Part shown: positions 52,250 through 64,000 of the stretch, one piece after another
Numbering within the stretch: position 1 is the stretch's first letter
Layout: each line of letters begins with the position of its first letter
NCBI GenBank assembly: GCA_013239625.1
Contig: MU053810.1
Coordinates: forward strand, 5,924,122-5,988,121
Length of the DNA: 64,000 nt
Direction: 5' to 3'
From: Lama guanicoe
Taxonomy: Eukaryota
The notes under the pieces: generated by a model
What the model was told of the DNA's origin: nothing
Database searches by the model: none
What the model saw: only the letters and a program-made list of their open reading frames with translations
Made by a program: the position numbers and the translations under genes

Positions 52250-52640
52250 TGTAATGGGCTAAACTGTGTCCTTTCCAAAATTCATTATGTTGAAGTCTTA
52301 ACCTAAAGTACCTTAGAATGTGAAAGTATTTGGAGATAGGGCATTTAAAGGGGTAGTTAGGGTTAAGTGAGGTCACAGGGTCCGTCCCTAACCCAATATT
52401 ACCAGTGTCCTTATCAAAAGATGAGCTTAGGATACACAGAGAGACACTGGGGAAAGGCCAGGTGAGGACAAAGTGAGAAGATGGCCACTTCTGAGTCCAG
52501 GAGAGAGGCCTCAGGAGAAAACAGACCTACTGACTCCTTGAACTTGGACTTCCAGCTTCCGGAACTGAGAAAATACATTTCTGTTGTTTAAGCCACACAA
52601 TCTTGGTATTTTGTTATGGCAACCTGAGCAGAGTAATAGA
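52250..52640 (+). mobile_element. MaLR solo LTR (MLT1A/B-like)
   Basis: tgtaatgggctaaactgtgtc...ttggacttccagcttcc...ttgttatggcaacc; 5-bp TSD ctccc (52245-52249, 52641-52645). Confidence 0.85.
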
Positions 52641-54159
52641 CTCCCCTTTCTTTGCTTTTTTCAAATTTAGAGAACGTGATCATGTCACATAGTGTAGTGG
52701 AGGTGGGGTGGGGGTTGGGGGCAAAGCTCTGGTTGCCTGGCTCCTGGTTTCTGTCCAGTATACAACATCACTCCTTTGCATTGTGGTTTGCTGACCACTC
52801 CCTATTTCGTATCCTGGGATGCGATGCTGTGAATTAGTTTCGCAGAAGCCTGGGGTTCACTAAGTATATGCAGTGTCCCTCCTTGTATGCCAGATAACAA
52901 GTGATTATGTACCAGACTAGTCCAAACTACGATTTTGCCTGGCACATCTCTTCATCCCTCTGAAATAGATCTTTGTGATTGTCAGCAATCTGCTATTTCA
53001 AAGTGGAATACACGAAATTTCAATTTCTCCCCATGCCCATGTGCAGAATTTGTAGTTGCAAACTGTTTTTCAGGACCTGATTGATTGGCTTGACTAGACA
53101 TTCATGAAATGAAATGTACAAGTTCTGGTTTTCAACTTGAGCTGAAGGAATCCATCAAGTTTAATACTGCTATTCTTTATTCTGTTGAGATTTATTTGAA
53201 AAAAATGACAGAAAAATACTAAATCAATAAATAGCATGAAAGTACACATCATGGGAGAGAAGCTGGACTCTCAAAAGTTAGTCCGATGCTCATAATTTAG
53301 TGTCACAATGTACCTGTAATTCTTAATGTTAACTCTTGACCATTTAGCCACCTTTACTACTGGGAGAGGCAAGCTAGCTCCTATCTTTTTGGGTTGTATG
53401 ACTTTTCATCATATATCAAAGGCAACAAAAATACATAGTTTTTTTTTCTGTTCTTTATATTTGAAACAAAGGATTTTTCTCCTTCGTGTACTTTCTGGGG
53501 TCAGCTGCAGTTGGATGTAATTTAGTTACAATAAAATTCATCAATTGTAAGTGGGCAATTCAATGAGATTTGACAAATATAGTCATGTAACCCCTACTGC
53601 TGTTATGATGTATTACACTTCCATCACCAATAAAAGTTTATTTGGTGTCACTTCCCCACTTTTCTGGCCTCTGACAAAGTCTGATCTGATTTCTGTCACT
53701 GTAGTTTTGCCTTTTCTAAAATTTCATTTAAGTGGAATCATACAGCATGTAGGCTTTTGTGTGTCTCCTTTCACTGAGCATAATGCTTTTGTGGTTCATC
53801 CATGTTGTTGCATGTATCAGTTTGTTCCTTTTTAGTGTTCAATAATATTCCATTATATGGATATATTAGAGTTAGTTTATCCACATGGACATATGGTTCT
53901 TTTCAGGTTTTGGCTGTTTTGGACATTTGCTCATGTTTTCCTGTGGACATGTGTTTTCATTTTTCTTGGGTAAATACCTGGGAGTTGAATTGCAGGATCA
54001 TAAGATAAGTGTGTTTTACATTTATAAGAAACTATGTAACTGTTTTACAAAATGGCCTTACCATTTTGTGTTCTTACTACTGGTTTATGAGAGTTACATT
54101 TGGCCCACATCCTCTATAGCTCTGGTAATATCAATCATTTAAATTTTAGTCATCCTATT

Positions 54160-55141
54160 TTTTTTTTCATTTTAAACAAGAAGTTTATTTAAACAACAAG
54201 ACACTTGAAGGGAAAACTATCTAGGATTCATTTCTTTTAGAGTAATTTATCCCTACTTAAAGACAGATTGCCCTACATGTAACAGCTACGTACAAAAAAG
54301 TTATAAAATTGTCCTTGGTTTTACAATGATAAATGAAAAACATTAAAATTCTCCAATTGAACAAGGTATGCAAGGATTTTTATGTTGTTCTTTTTTTGTT
54401 AAACAGTGAGCGCAAAATAACTTACTGGAATATAAAGATAAGAGCTGAATGAGCATGCCACTAATGGAGAAAGGGGGTATTTTCACAGAACCAGTATTTT
54501 CCCCATCCCATCTCCATTTGATGTCGATCGAAACATACCATTGGCCATTTAGTTTAAAAAAAATGCAATATGCTTGTGCACATACACCAGTTACTTTATG
54601 TACAATAAAGGAATGGGGAAAGGGAAATGAAAGAATAGAGAAAACTATACTGTAGTAGTCAGGACGTGGTGGAACCAAATTGCCATCTTCTAACTGAGAA
54701 TGTCTTCTTGGTCTGGAGCAACAGAATTCTGGAGTAAAAGTAGTAGGTTCCCTTTTTAGTAGACACCTCCTGTCTGCTGCTGGAACACATCAATTGTATC
54801 TTCATCCTCCATTTCCAACTGTGCAGGTGTGTCTGTTTCATTGATTGGCTGCCCATCAAATCGGAATCTGATCTGCCTCATTGACAAACCCTGTCGTTCA
54901 CAATAGGCTTTCATTAGTTTACTAAGTGGTGTATGCCTCTTAATCTTAAACTGCACCACAGAACCAGCCTGTCCCGCCACCTTCAAATTAATATGATCGT
55001 TGTTCTCAGTCTTGACTCCTTCCTTGGGCTTTTCGTCGGCCATGGCGAGCGCCGGAGTCTCCTCAGCTACCGCTTCACAAAAGAGGTACCAGGTCCGCAC
55101 CGAACTAGCACACAAGCAGCACCAGGAGCGGCAGAAGAAGG
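54160..55141 (-). pseudogene. SUMO2: SUMO2 processed retrocopy (5'UTR + intronless ORF + 3'UTR + poly(A)), ORF intact
   Basis: TSD tagtcatcctatt at 54147-54159 and 55142-55154; T-tract ending at 54167; AATAAA on - at 54184-54189; no introns; interrupts an older L1. Confidence 0.96.
54756..55043 (-). CDS. SUMO2: Intact 95-aa SUMO2 ORF of the retrocopy (D26A); expression unknown
   Basis: [51 protein letters not shown]...QQQTGGVY*; Kozak gccATGG; di-Gly and K11 VKTE motif retained. Confidence 0.6.
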   Translation of the reverse strand: MADEKPKEGVKTENNDHINLKVAGQAGSVVQFKIKRHTPLSKLMKAYCERQGLSMRQIRFRFDGQPINETDTPAQLEMEDEDTIDVFQQQTGGVY

Positions 55142-57734
55142 TAGTCATCCTATTGGTTGTGTAGTGGTATCTTATTGTGGTTTAAGTTTTCAGTAACTTA
55201 ATGAGTAATGGCGTTGTGCATTTTTTGTGTGTATTTTTTTGCCATCGTATGTCTTCTTTGGTGAAGTGTCTCTTCAAATCTTGCAGACTTTCAGTTTTTT
55301 GGGGGTTTTTTTGGGTTTTTTTTTGTTGTTTTTATTTTTTTGGAGGGGGAGGGTAATTAGGTTTCTTTATTTATTTATTTTTACAGGAGGAACTGTGGAT
55401 TGAATCCAGGACCTCACGCATGCTAAGCACACACTCTACCGCTGAGTTATGCCCTCCCCTTAAATGTTTTTATTATTTTTCTTAATTTTATTTTTAGGGA
55501 GGGAGGTAATTAGGTTCATTTATTTATTATTATTTTTAATGGAGGTACTGGGGATTGAACCCAGGACCTCCTGCATGCTAAGCATGAGCTCTACCACTGA
55601 GCTTTACCTTCCTCCTCAGACTTTTTAAAAAATTGATTTATTTGTCACTCTATTATTGAATTGTAGGAATTCTTTATATATTATGGATATAATTCCTTTA
55701 TTAAATATTTGTTTTGCAAGTATTTTCTTCCAATACATGGTTTGTGTTTTCATTTGGTTTTATTATTTATTATTGAGGTATAATTGACACATAACATTAT
55801 ATTAGTTTCAGATGTACAACATAATGATATTTCTATAGATTGCAAAATGATCACAAGTCTAGTTAACATCTGTTACCATATATAGTTACAAAACTTTTGT
55901 GTGTGTATAATGAGGACTTTTAAGATCTTCTTCCTTAGCAATTTTCCAATATGCAATATAATAATATTAACTACAGTCACCATGCTGTACTTCCTTTTGC
56001 TAACGATGTCTTTTTAGTAGCAAATGTTTTTAATTTACGTGAAATCCAATTTATCATTTTTTATTTCATATTTCATGTTTTTGTATCCTTTTTGGTTTTT
56101 GCTTAACCCAAGGCATACTAAGATTTTCTCCCAGATTTTTTCCCCAAATTTTATTATAGAAATTTTATAGTTTGATCTCTTTCACTTAGGTCTTTGACTC
56201 ATTTCAATGAGGCACAAGTTTTTGAATCTCAAATTAAAATATCTTTTAGAAGAGAGTTTGCATCCCTCATCCCTGCACAAATAAAGAACATTAACTTGTT
56301 CACACAATTTGTCTCTACCTCCTTCCTCCCAATCAATTAAACTGAAGGAGATACAGAGAGAATTGATATTTATTATTCAACCTGGTCACTCTGGGAAGTG
56401 TGGAAATTTCTTCCTTTTTGTCATTGTCCTCTCTTTCATAGCTAATGTTGAACATTTGTACTTTTTTTCTTAATTTGTTCAAATATTTTATATCCACTTT
56501 TTGCTTGTTTCTTTGGTCTCTGATAGGAATGTGTTAAAATCTTTCATTTATGAAGAAAATTAAATAAAAATTTAAAAATAAAATAAAAAGAAACCATCCA
56601 TTTATGGTTGTTGATAATTGCAAGTTTTCCTCATAAAGATTTTGCTTTATATTTCTAAAGGCTGTGCTGTTGGCTGCTACAAAGTCATAATTATTTATCT
56701 TCTTGATACATTATTCCTTTTACTATTATCATCCATGTCTTCTTTTATCCTGTGTAATGTTTTTTGGGCTTGGTTGTAATCACTTTGACATATTTCCATA
56801 ATGGTTTTCTTTAGGTTAATATTTGCCTGATAAATATTTTTCTATCCCTTTATTTCAATATGGCTTTTATAGGTGTCTCTTCTAAGCTATGTGTAGGTCA
56901 ATTTTTTTTCTCTTAAAATACCATAGGAAAAATCCCACATATTTAATTTTTTTAACTTGAAAAAATTTGTTATTTTGTTAAGCCTTAGGAATCAAATTCC
57001 CCCATGCAGTTGATTTTCATTGTTTCTTTTATTCGTTATTTTCCATCCACATTTAAAACAATTTTTTAATTGAAAGTTAAAGGGTTAAATTGAAGGTTTT
57101 TTAGGGGTAGTAAACTCCTCTATGTCTGAACCATATCATCCTTGGACTGACAGTTGGATTTAAATTCGAGATTGAGAGTTATTTTCCCTCAACATTCTCA
57201 GGATGTAACTCCTTTATCTCCTGTATCCATTAGTGTTGATAAGAGCTCTACTAATTGTCATTCTTTTGTAGAAAAATCTGTCTATTCTCTCTGGTTAGTC
57301 TTTAAGCTTTTTCATTTTATCTTTGACATTCTAATAACCAATTATTTATATTAATCCAATTCAGACTTCTACAGTGAACTATATTTAACTTTACATTTAG
57401 ATGTTTTCATCTTCCACACTAGGTAAAGAATCACTGAATCATTTCATTTCAGGATTTGATAGACTTTTTCCTATTGTTTTTTGACTTCTATCACAGAGGA
57501 GAAGGTTGGCTTGCTATTTTTTCTGTTGATAGTAGCCTGCTTTTTCTATAGAAGATTCCTTTATTTTTTATCTTTAAAATTCAATCAATTTGCCAAGATG
57601 TATATGTTTTGTTCTTGATATTCTGTGTTGATTTTTCCTTTTTATAGGTGAGATTTTATAAAAAATTTTATTTATTCATTTTTAAATTGAGGTATAATAT
57701 ACATACAGTAAATTGTGTAAAGCACACTGCTTAT

Positions 57735-57889
57735 TTTACTTTATTGTGTTTTTTTATTTGTTTGTTTTGGGGGCAGATAATTAGGTTTGTTTATTTATTT
57801 ATGTATTTATTTAATGGAGGTACTGGGGATTGATCCCAGATCCTCATGCGTGCTAAACCTGTACTCTACCACTAAGCTATACCCTCCCC
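57735..57889 (-). mobile_element. tRNA-derived SINE nested in old L1M (~57670-60430)
   Basis: taattaggttt...atggaggtactggggattga...gctataccctcccc; TSD aaagcacact(g/a)ctt. Confidence 0.85.
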
Positions 57890-59401
57890 ACAAAGCACAC
57901 TACTTTTAAGATTACAGTTTGATGATTTTTATTAACATATGCACCCCTGTAACTACCGACCAGTTAAAGATACAGGCTATTCCTGGTGCCCCAGATTTCC
58001 TCATGTTCCTTTTCATTCTATTCCTTATGACCATTAACTAATTCTGAATTTTGTCATTACTGGTTACTTTAGCCTGTTTTTGAATTTCATAGAAATGAAA
58101 CCATACTTGTACTATGTTATGTCTGGTTAATTTCACTCGCTAAAACATCTTTCCTCCCTGAGAGTGCATCTAGCAACGCATTCATCCATGTTGTTACATT
58201 TATCAGTAGTTTGTTTCTTTTATTGCCGTGTAATTTTCCATTGTGTGAACATACCACTATTTATTTATCCTTTCTCTTGATAGTAAGCTTAAGGTTTGTT
58301 TCCATTTTGGGGCTACTATGAATAAAGATGCTATGAGCATTCTTGCATATATCCTTTTGTGGACATATATATATATTTTTCTTGAGTAAACACCTAGGAG
58401 TGAATTGCTGGATCTTAAGGAGGTGTATATTTAGCTTTAACAGGTACTGCCAAACAGTTTTCCAACGTGATTGTGCCCTTTTACACTTGTGTATTCAGAT
58501 ATATACCCTTGTGTGTGTGTGTGCACGCTAAATATAGTAATATATTGTGCCAACACTGGGTACTGTTGGAGGGGGTGTCTGGCTTCTTTCACTTACAAAG
58601 TGCATTTGAGATTCACCCATGACTCTGTGTATGTATTCATTAAATGTTACTGATGAGTAGCAGTCTGTTACTTGAATGTACCAGTTTGTTTATCTGGTAA
58701 CCGCCTGAAGGACATTTGAGTTGTTCCCAGCTTTTAGTGATTATGAATAAAGCTACTATAAACATTCACATGGTGGTTTTCGTGTGAACATAAGTTTTTG
58801 TTTCTTTGGGGTAAATATCTGGGAGTAGGATTGCTAGGTTGTTTATTAGGTATATGTTTGGCTTTATAAGAAACTGCTAAACTGTTTTCCAAAGTGGCTG
58901 TGTGCATTTTGCAGCCAGTAACATATGAGAGTCCAGTCATTCTTGCTTGCGTGCTTTCTTGCTTTGTTTCTTTCTTTCTTTCCTTTTTATTGAAGTATTG
59001 TCAGTTTATAGTGACTCTACATTCTTAATATTGCTATGTCAGGATTTTTTATTTCAGCCATTCTAATGGATGTATAGCATAGTCTTTAAATTTCACACTA
59101 CATTCTGGTAGAGCATAGTTATCTTACTATGGTTTTAAGTTGCATTCCTTTGATGAATAATGAGTTGAGTACTTTTTCATATATTTATTGGCCTTTCTGG
59201 AGTGAAGTTGTTTTCTTTTGTCATTTTTTAAAAATTGGATCGTCTTTTGTTTGTTGACTTGAAGGAGTTTTTTGTTTGTTTGTTTGTTTTTTAATATACT
59301 CCAGATACAAGTCCTCTGTCTAATGTATGTGTTGTGGCTTATCTTTTCACTTTCTTAATAGTGTCTTTTCATGAACAAAGCATTTTAATTTTAATGATGG
59401 C

Positions 59402-59900
59402 TATAGTAGGCTGACTAATGGCCCCTCAAAGATGGCAACATCCTAATCCCTGAAAACTGTGCGTTTATTACCTTACATGGCCAAAGGGAATTTGCAGATG
59501 TAATCAAGTCAAGAATCTTGAGATGGGAAGGTTATTTTGGATTATCTAGGAGGGACATATGTAGTCACACAGTCCTTACAAGAGGGAGGGATGATGGTCA
59601 GAGTCAAAGAGAAGGAGTTGTGATAACAGAAGAAGAGTCAGAGAGAGATCTGAAGACGCTTTGCTGCTAACTTGAAGATGGAAAAAGTGGTCACAGCCAG
59701 GGAATGCAGGTAGGCTCCAGGAGCTGGAGAAGGCAAGGTCATGTGTTCTCCTTTAGACTCTCCCAAAGGAACAAAGCCCTCCTGATGCCTTAATTTTAGA
59801 CACCTGAGACCCCTGATCTCCAGAGCTTTAAGGTAATAAATTCCTCTTAAGTCACTACATTTGTTGTAATTTGCTGCAGCTGCAACAGGAAATGAATACG
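59402..59900 (+). mobile_element. MaLR solo LTR (MLT1D-like)
   Basis: taggctgactaatggcccc...atttgcagatgtaatcaag...gctgcaacaggaaatgaatac; 5-bp TSD atggc (59397-59401, 59901-59905). Confidence 0.82.
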
Positions 59901-60944
59901 ATGGCTTAACTTTTCATTTTATTAAAAAGCAGTTTATCATCTTTTTTCTTTTTTTGTTAGTGCTTATTGTATTCTGGTTAAGAAACCTTTGCCTGTGTTT
60001 TCTTGAAGAGGCTTTATTGCTTTACCTTTTACATTTGGAACCATGATATATCCTGAATAAATCTTGGAAGGTGGTGTGATGTAGTTTCAATGTTCACTGG
60101 AATAAACAAAACAAATGTCTACTGGCTCCAGCACGTAGATTGGGAAAAAAAGAATCTTTTCCTCCATTGAATTCCATTGGCACTTCTGTCATAAATTAAG
60201 TTTCTGCATATATTTGTGCCTGTTCCAAAGAACTATTTGTATGTTCTTCACCAAGTCCACATTGTGTTAATTTCTGTAGCTGTTTAGTAAATCTTGAAAT
60301 TTGGTAGTGTATGTCCTCTAATTTCATTCTTCTATTGTCTTGGTTATACTAAAGCCTTTACATTTCCAGATAAGTCTAGAATCACCTTGTCAATTTTAAC
60401 AAAAAATCTGTTAGGATTTTGGTTAGGGTTATACAAGGTAAGCTGTTTTGATATGGAAATTCAGGTCCTTTAGTTCAGTTAAATTTTATTCTATTAAATC
60501 TTTGAATACATTTTTTTCTGGTCTGTTAATAACTGTAATTAAAAAAAATTTATGACAATATGTACTTATGATAATAACAAATTTATGATACTTTGACATA
60601 AATTTATGATAATAACAAATACAACTTAATACAGAGTCATATGTGTTTAATTTAGTGGAAAGGAAAAATGACTTTCAAAGTATGGGTCATGATTCAGTAG
60701 TGGATCATGAAATCAATTGAATAGTCATTAGCAGCATTAAATAAATTGAAATAGAATAAGAGGTATCAGAGTACCATATTTAGTTTTGTGAAACTTTTAT
60801 ACCAGCATGTATATACATATCTGTGTCCTAGATCATGTTGTTATTATTTCTTATTTTGAGTCGAGTTAAAAAATATTGAAAGCCAGTGGCTACAGTATGG
60901 TGCTATGTTTTATGGTTTTATGCCCACAAATCCTATTTAATTTT

Positions 60945-61106
60945 TTTTAACATTTTTTATTGATTTATAATCATTTTACAATGTTGTGTCAAATTCCAGT
61001 GTTCAGCACAATTTTTCAGTCATTCATGGACATATACACACTCATTGTCACATTTTTTTCTCTGTGATTTATCATAACATTTTGTGTATATTTCCCTGTG
61101 CTATAC
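60945..61106 (-). mobile_element. Very short, young L1 3' end
   Basis: Perfect 15-bp TSD atcctatttaatttt (60930-60944, 61107-61121). Confidence 0.85.
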
Positions 61107-61417
61107 ATCCTATTTAATTTTAAGTAAGAAAATATTGCCTTATTATGGACTATAATTATAAGGGAAACTAATTTTTTTTAGTAAAAATACAAAGGATAGC
61201 ATGTTCAACTCAATCACCTTACAGGTATAAGGGATAACTTCATTGAATGGACTTTATATGAACCATAAATATTTTAACAGATAGTTTTAACTAGATAATA
61301 GAAAGACCTCTGATTTAGAAGTTGGAGAACTTGACTACTATTTTCAGTGCTGTTAGCTAAATCTCTTAACCTGCCTAAGGTTAAATTTCCTTATTTGGTG
61401 AAGATAGGAAAGAATCT

Positions 61418-62107
61418 GTGGAAAACAGTATGGAGATTCATCCAAAGACCAGGAATAGACTTACCATATGACCCAGTAATCCCACTCCTGGGCATATATT
61501 CAGAAGGAACCCTAATTCAAAAAGACACCAGCACCCCAGTGTTCATAGCAGCACTATTTACAATAGGCAAGTCATGGAAACATCCTAAGTGTTCATCAAC
61601 AGATGACTGGATAAAGAAATTGTAGTATATTTATACAACGGAATACTATGCAGCCATAAAATGACAACATAATGCCATTTGCAGCAACGTGGATGTCCCT
61701 GGAGAATATCAGTCTAGGTGAAGTAAGCCAGAAAGAGAAAGAAAAATACCATATGATATCACTCATATGTGGAATCTAAAAAAAAAAAAAGAACATAAAT
61801 ATAAAACAGAAACAGACTCATAGACATAGACTACAAACTTGTGGTTGCCAAGGGGGAGGGGGAGGTATAGACTGGGACTTCAAAATTTGTAGATACTGAC
61901 AGGCATATGTAGAATAGATAAACAAGTTTATACTGTATAGCACAAGGAGATATATACAAGATCTTGTGGTAGCTCATGGTGAAAAAGAATGTGAAAATGA
62001 ATATATGTATATTCATGTATGACTGAAAAATTGTGCTGTACACCAGAAATTGACACAACATTGTAAACTGACTATAACTCAATAAAATTAAAAAAGAAAA
62101 GAAAAAA
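61418..62107 (+). mobile_element. Young L1 3' end
   Basis: WKTVWRFIQRPGIDLPYDPVIPLLGIY (ORF2p C-terminus); perfect 17-bp TSD aagataggaaagaatct (61401-61417, 62108-62124). Confidence 0.92.
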
Positions 62108-62886
62108 AAGATAGGAAAGAATCTTTAGGTCATTTATCTCTCAGAGTGTAAACATTAAAGAAATCTGATAGGATTTGGAAAACAGAAAAGCAGCATCACC
62201 TGCCGAATTCCCCCTCAATGCTGTTGAAATGTATCAGTATATGGATATTAACAAGCTTAGTGATTTCCCTAGTTAAAGCTGTCTCATGTAGAGACCAAAT
62301 TCAAGAATACATCAGTACCTCCTCCAAAAATGAATAAATAAGTAAACCCTACTACCTCCCTCCCCCCCAGAAAAATTTAAAAATAGAACATGTCAAATAC
62401 ATCAAATTCAAAAGCTTGGATTAAATGATAATTTGGATTAATGATAAGTATTAAAGGCTATTATGTCTGTTTCAGATTATTACAGCAAGTGTGTCATTTA
62501 TTGATTTACAGACCTTAGAATCCTTGATTGGGAATCTGGTGTCTGAAGGTAGTTATCTCTTTCAGGTAGGAGTGATAAATTGTTCCTTGTAGAGGCTGAA
62601 TATTTTATGCCCCTATTGAAGGCAATATCCAATAAATACCTACTGATGGGTCAATTTTTAAACACTTGGTTGAGTCATGTTATTATTCTTATAGTTATTG
62701 TGAGTCTAAATGACTTTATGGAGAGATGAAAATATGGACTTTTAAATGATCTTTAAATTAGTTTCCTTTTCAGTCTTTGGACATTTTTCATAGTCATTAT
62801 ATCAAAAGCATTTAATGTTCCTCTTGGAATGAAAAATTTGAAATATAGGGTCTTTTAGACTATTCCAAAGCAGTTGATTTAAAAAC

Positions 62887-62999
62887 TTTTTTTGAAGGGG
62901 AGGTACTTGGGTACATTTTTTAAATGGAAGTATTGGGGATTAAACCCAGGACCTCATGCATGCTAAGCATGTGCTCTACCACTGAGCTATACCCTCCCC
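62887..62999 (-). mobile_element. tRNA-derived SINE
   Basis: cccaggacctcatgcatgctaagcatgtgctctaccactgagctataccctcccc; TSD ccaaagcagttgattt (62865, 63001). Confidence 0.87.
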
Positions 63000-63199
63000 A
63001 CCAAAGCAGTTGATTTTACACTAGGTAGAGAAACAACTTGTACATAACTTCAAAAGTGTAGGGAGACATGCAAAGAAGAGTCAACGAATAAGAGATTAGG
63101 ACGCAAAAGTACTAAAGATTGTGTGTTAATTTTTATTTTTTATTTTTAAAAATTAAAACAATTTTAACTGAAGTATAGTTGATTTACAATCTTAGTTTT

Positions 63200-63702
63200 T
63201 GTCACTAAGCAAAGGGCTCATGGCTCAGAGAGCCAAACTCAATCAGTGGGAGTTTGCAGCAAAATAAGAATTCATTGTAGGGCTCTAAACAAGGGAGTGG
63301 GAGACAAGCCTTAGATCCACCCCAGCTTGGTCTTTGAGTTACAGGTGTTTTAAAGGGGAGGAACAAATAAACTGGGATTAAGCATCACATTGTGACATGG
63401 TTTAGGGAATCAGAATGTCTCCTGTTTATGATTCCCTGGCCAGGTGGTCCATGACTTGCGGGCCTGTGAGCTCACCTTGCCCTGGAGAGTTTGTACCTTA
63501 ATGATGATATCCGTAACAGCAATTTCGTATGTTAACATGGTATTAACAGCAGTAACTTTAGTCACCTGAGGGTGATTGATTAGTGTTCATTTAGCGCAGG
63601 ATTGAGAAGGGGGTGGGGGAGAAAGAAATGGAATGAAGTTTTGGATAAGAGATTAATCATAAACTCAATAAAGGACCTGGGTTTTAAAGGGACTCCATTT
63701 CA
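63200..63702 (-). mobile_element. Probable ERV solo LTR (~500 bp) inserted in an L1 3' end
   Basis: TG...CA ends, flanked by gtttt/gtttc; removing it restores the L1 motif gatttacaat..tagtttcaggtgtacaacatagtgattc. Confidence 0.65.
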
Positions 63703-64000
63703 GTTTCAGGTGTACAACATAGTGATTCAATATTTTTTATAGATTATAGATGTGTGTTTTAAAATTGTGGGTTTTTAAGGGTACAGAGCATCCTTACTCA
63801 ACTTGTACATTGCTTGGTATAGAGCTCTCAGTAACAAGTGTTAGCTCACTTTTAAGTGAACCGAGGGCGGCAGAAGTTTAAAAGTAAAGCCTGAGTTGCT
63901 TATCTCTAAAAAGACAAAGGAAGTTAAGAGTTGGAGGTTTCTATGTTGTAGTCCTTTTTAATCCTTATCAAACTATCTCTGATTCACGGGCGTTTCCTAG

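Larger units (their letters stand above)
53515..56210 (-). mobile_element. Old L1M, host of the SUMO2 retrocopy and of two tandem SINEs (~55300-55460, ~55465-55616)
   Basis: ttcatccatgttgttgcatgtatc, gggtaaatacctgggag; rejoins as ttttagtcatcctattggttgtgtagtggtatcttattgtggttt once the retrocopy is removed. Confidence 0.8.

Noticed and set aside
54343..54678. 111-aa ORF downstream of the SUMO2 stop
   Set aside because: Lies in the retroposed SUMO2 3'UTR, starts at a non-ATG codon and has no recognisable homology
60545..60620. Short local repeats of ttatgataataacaaat; similar doublet near 62417-62448
   Set aside because: AT-rich slippage duplications with no regular repeat-spacer structure; not CRISPR-like

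Overview
Mammalian genomic DNA, probably camelid, inferred from about 16 copies of a short tRNA-derived SINE resembling the camelid Vic-1 type. The window holds the last six coding exons of MASTL/Greatwall kinase (+ strand, 66-13035) and, convergent with it, the whole coding region of ACBD5 (- strand, 14 coding exons, 18438-42163) with its CpG-island promoter (~41750-43520). The gene order matches the human MASTL-ACBD5 locus. From 43.5 to 64 kb the sequence is repeat-rich intergenic DNA (L1, SINE, MaLR/ERV LTRs). It contains a young, near-full-length SUMO2 retrocopy with a 13-bp TSD, a poly(A) tail and an intact 95-aa ORF carrying one substitution (D26A). I see no solid evidence for a wholly new biological system. 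The best leads are the intact SUMO2 retrogene with a TSD-derived in-frame upstream ATG, an unexplained CpG-rich block in an ACBD5 intron bounded by AATAAA plus an A-tract, an L1 insertion joining inverted ORF1 to a short 3' end, and several isoform-switch features in ACBD5 and MASTL. Exon boundaries were read by eye from GT-AG sites and frame continuity. Repeat family names are from recall, not a database search, and repeat coordinates are approximate.
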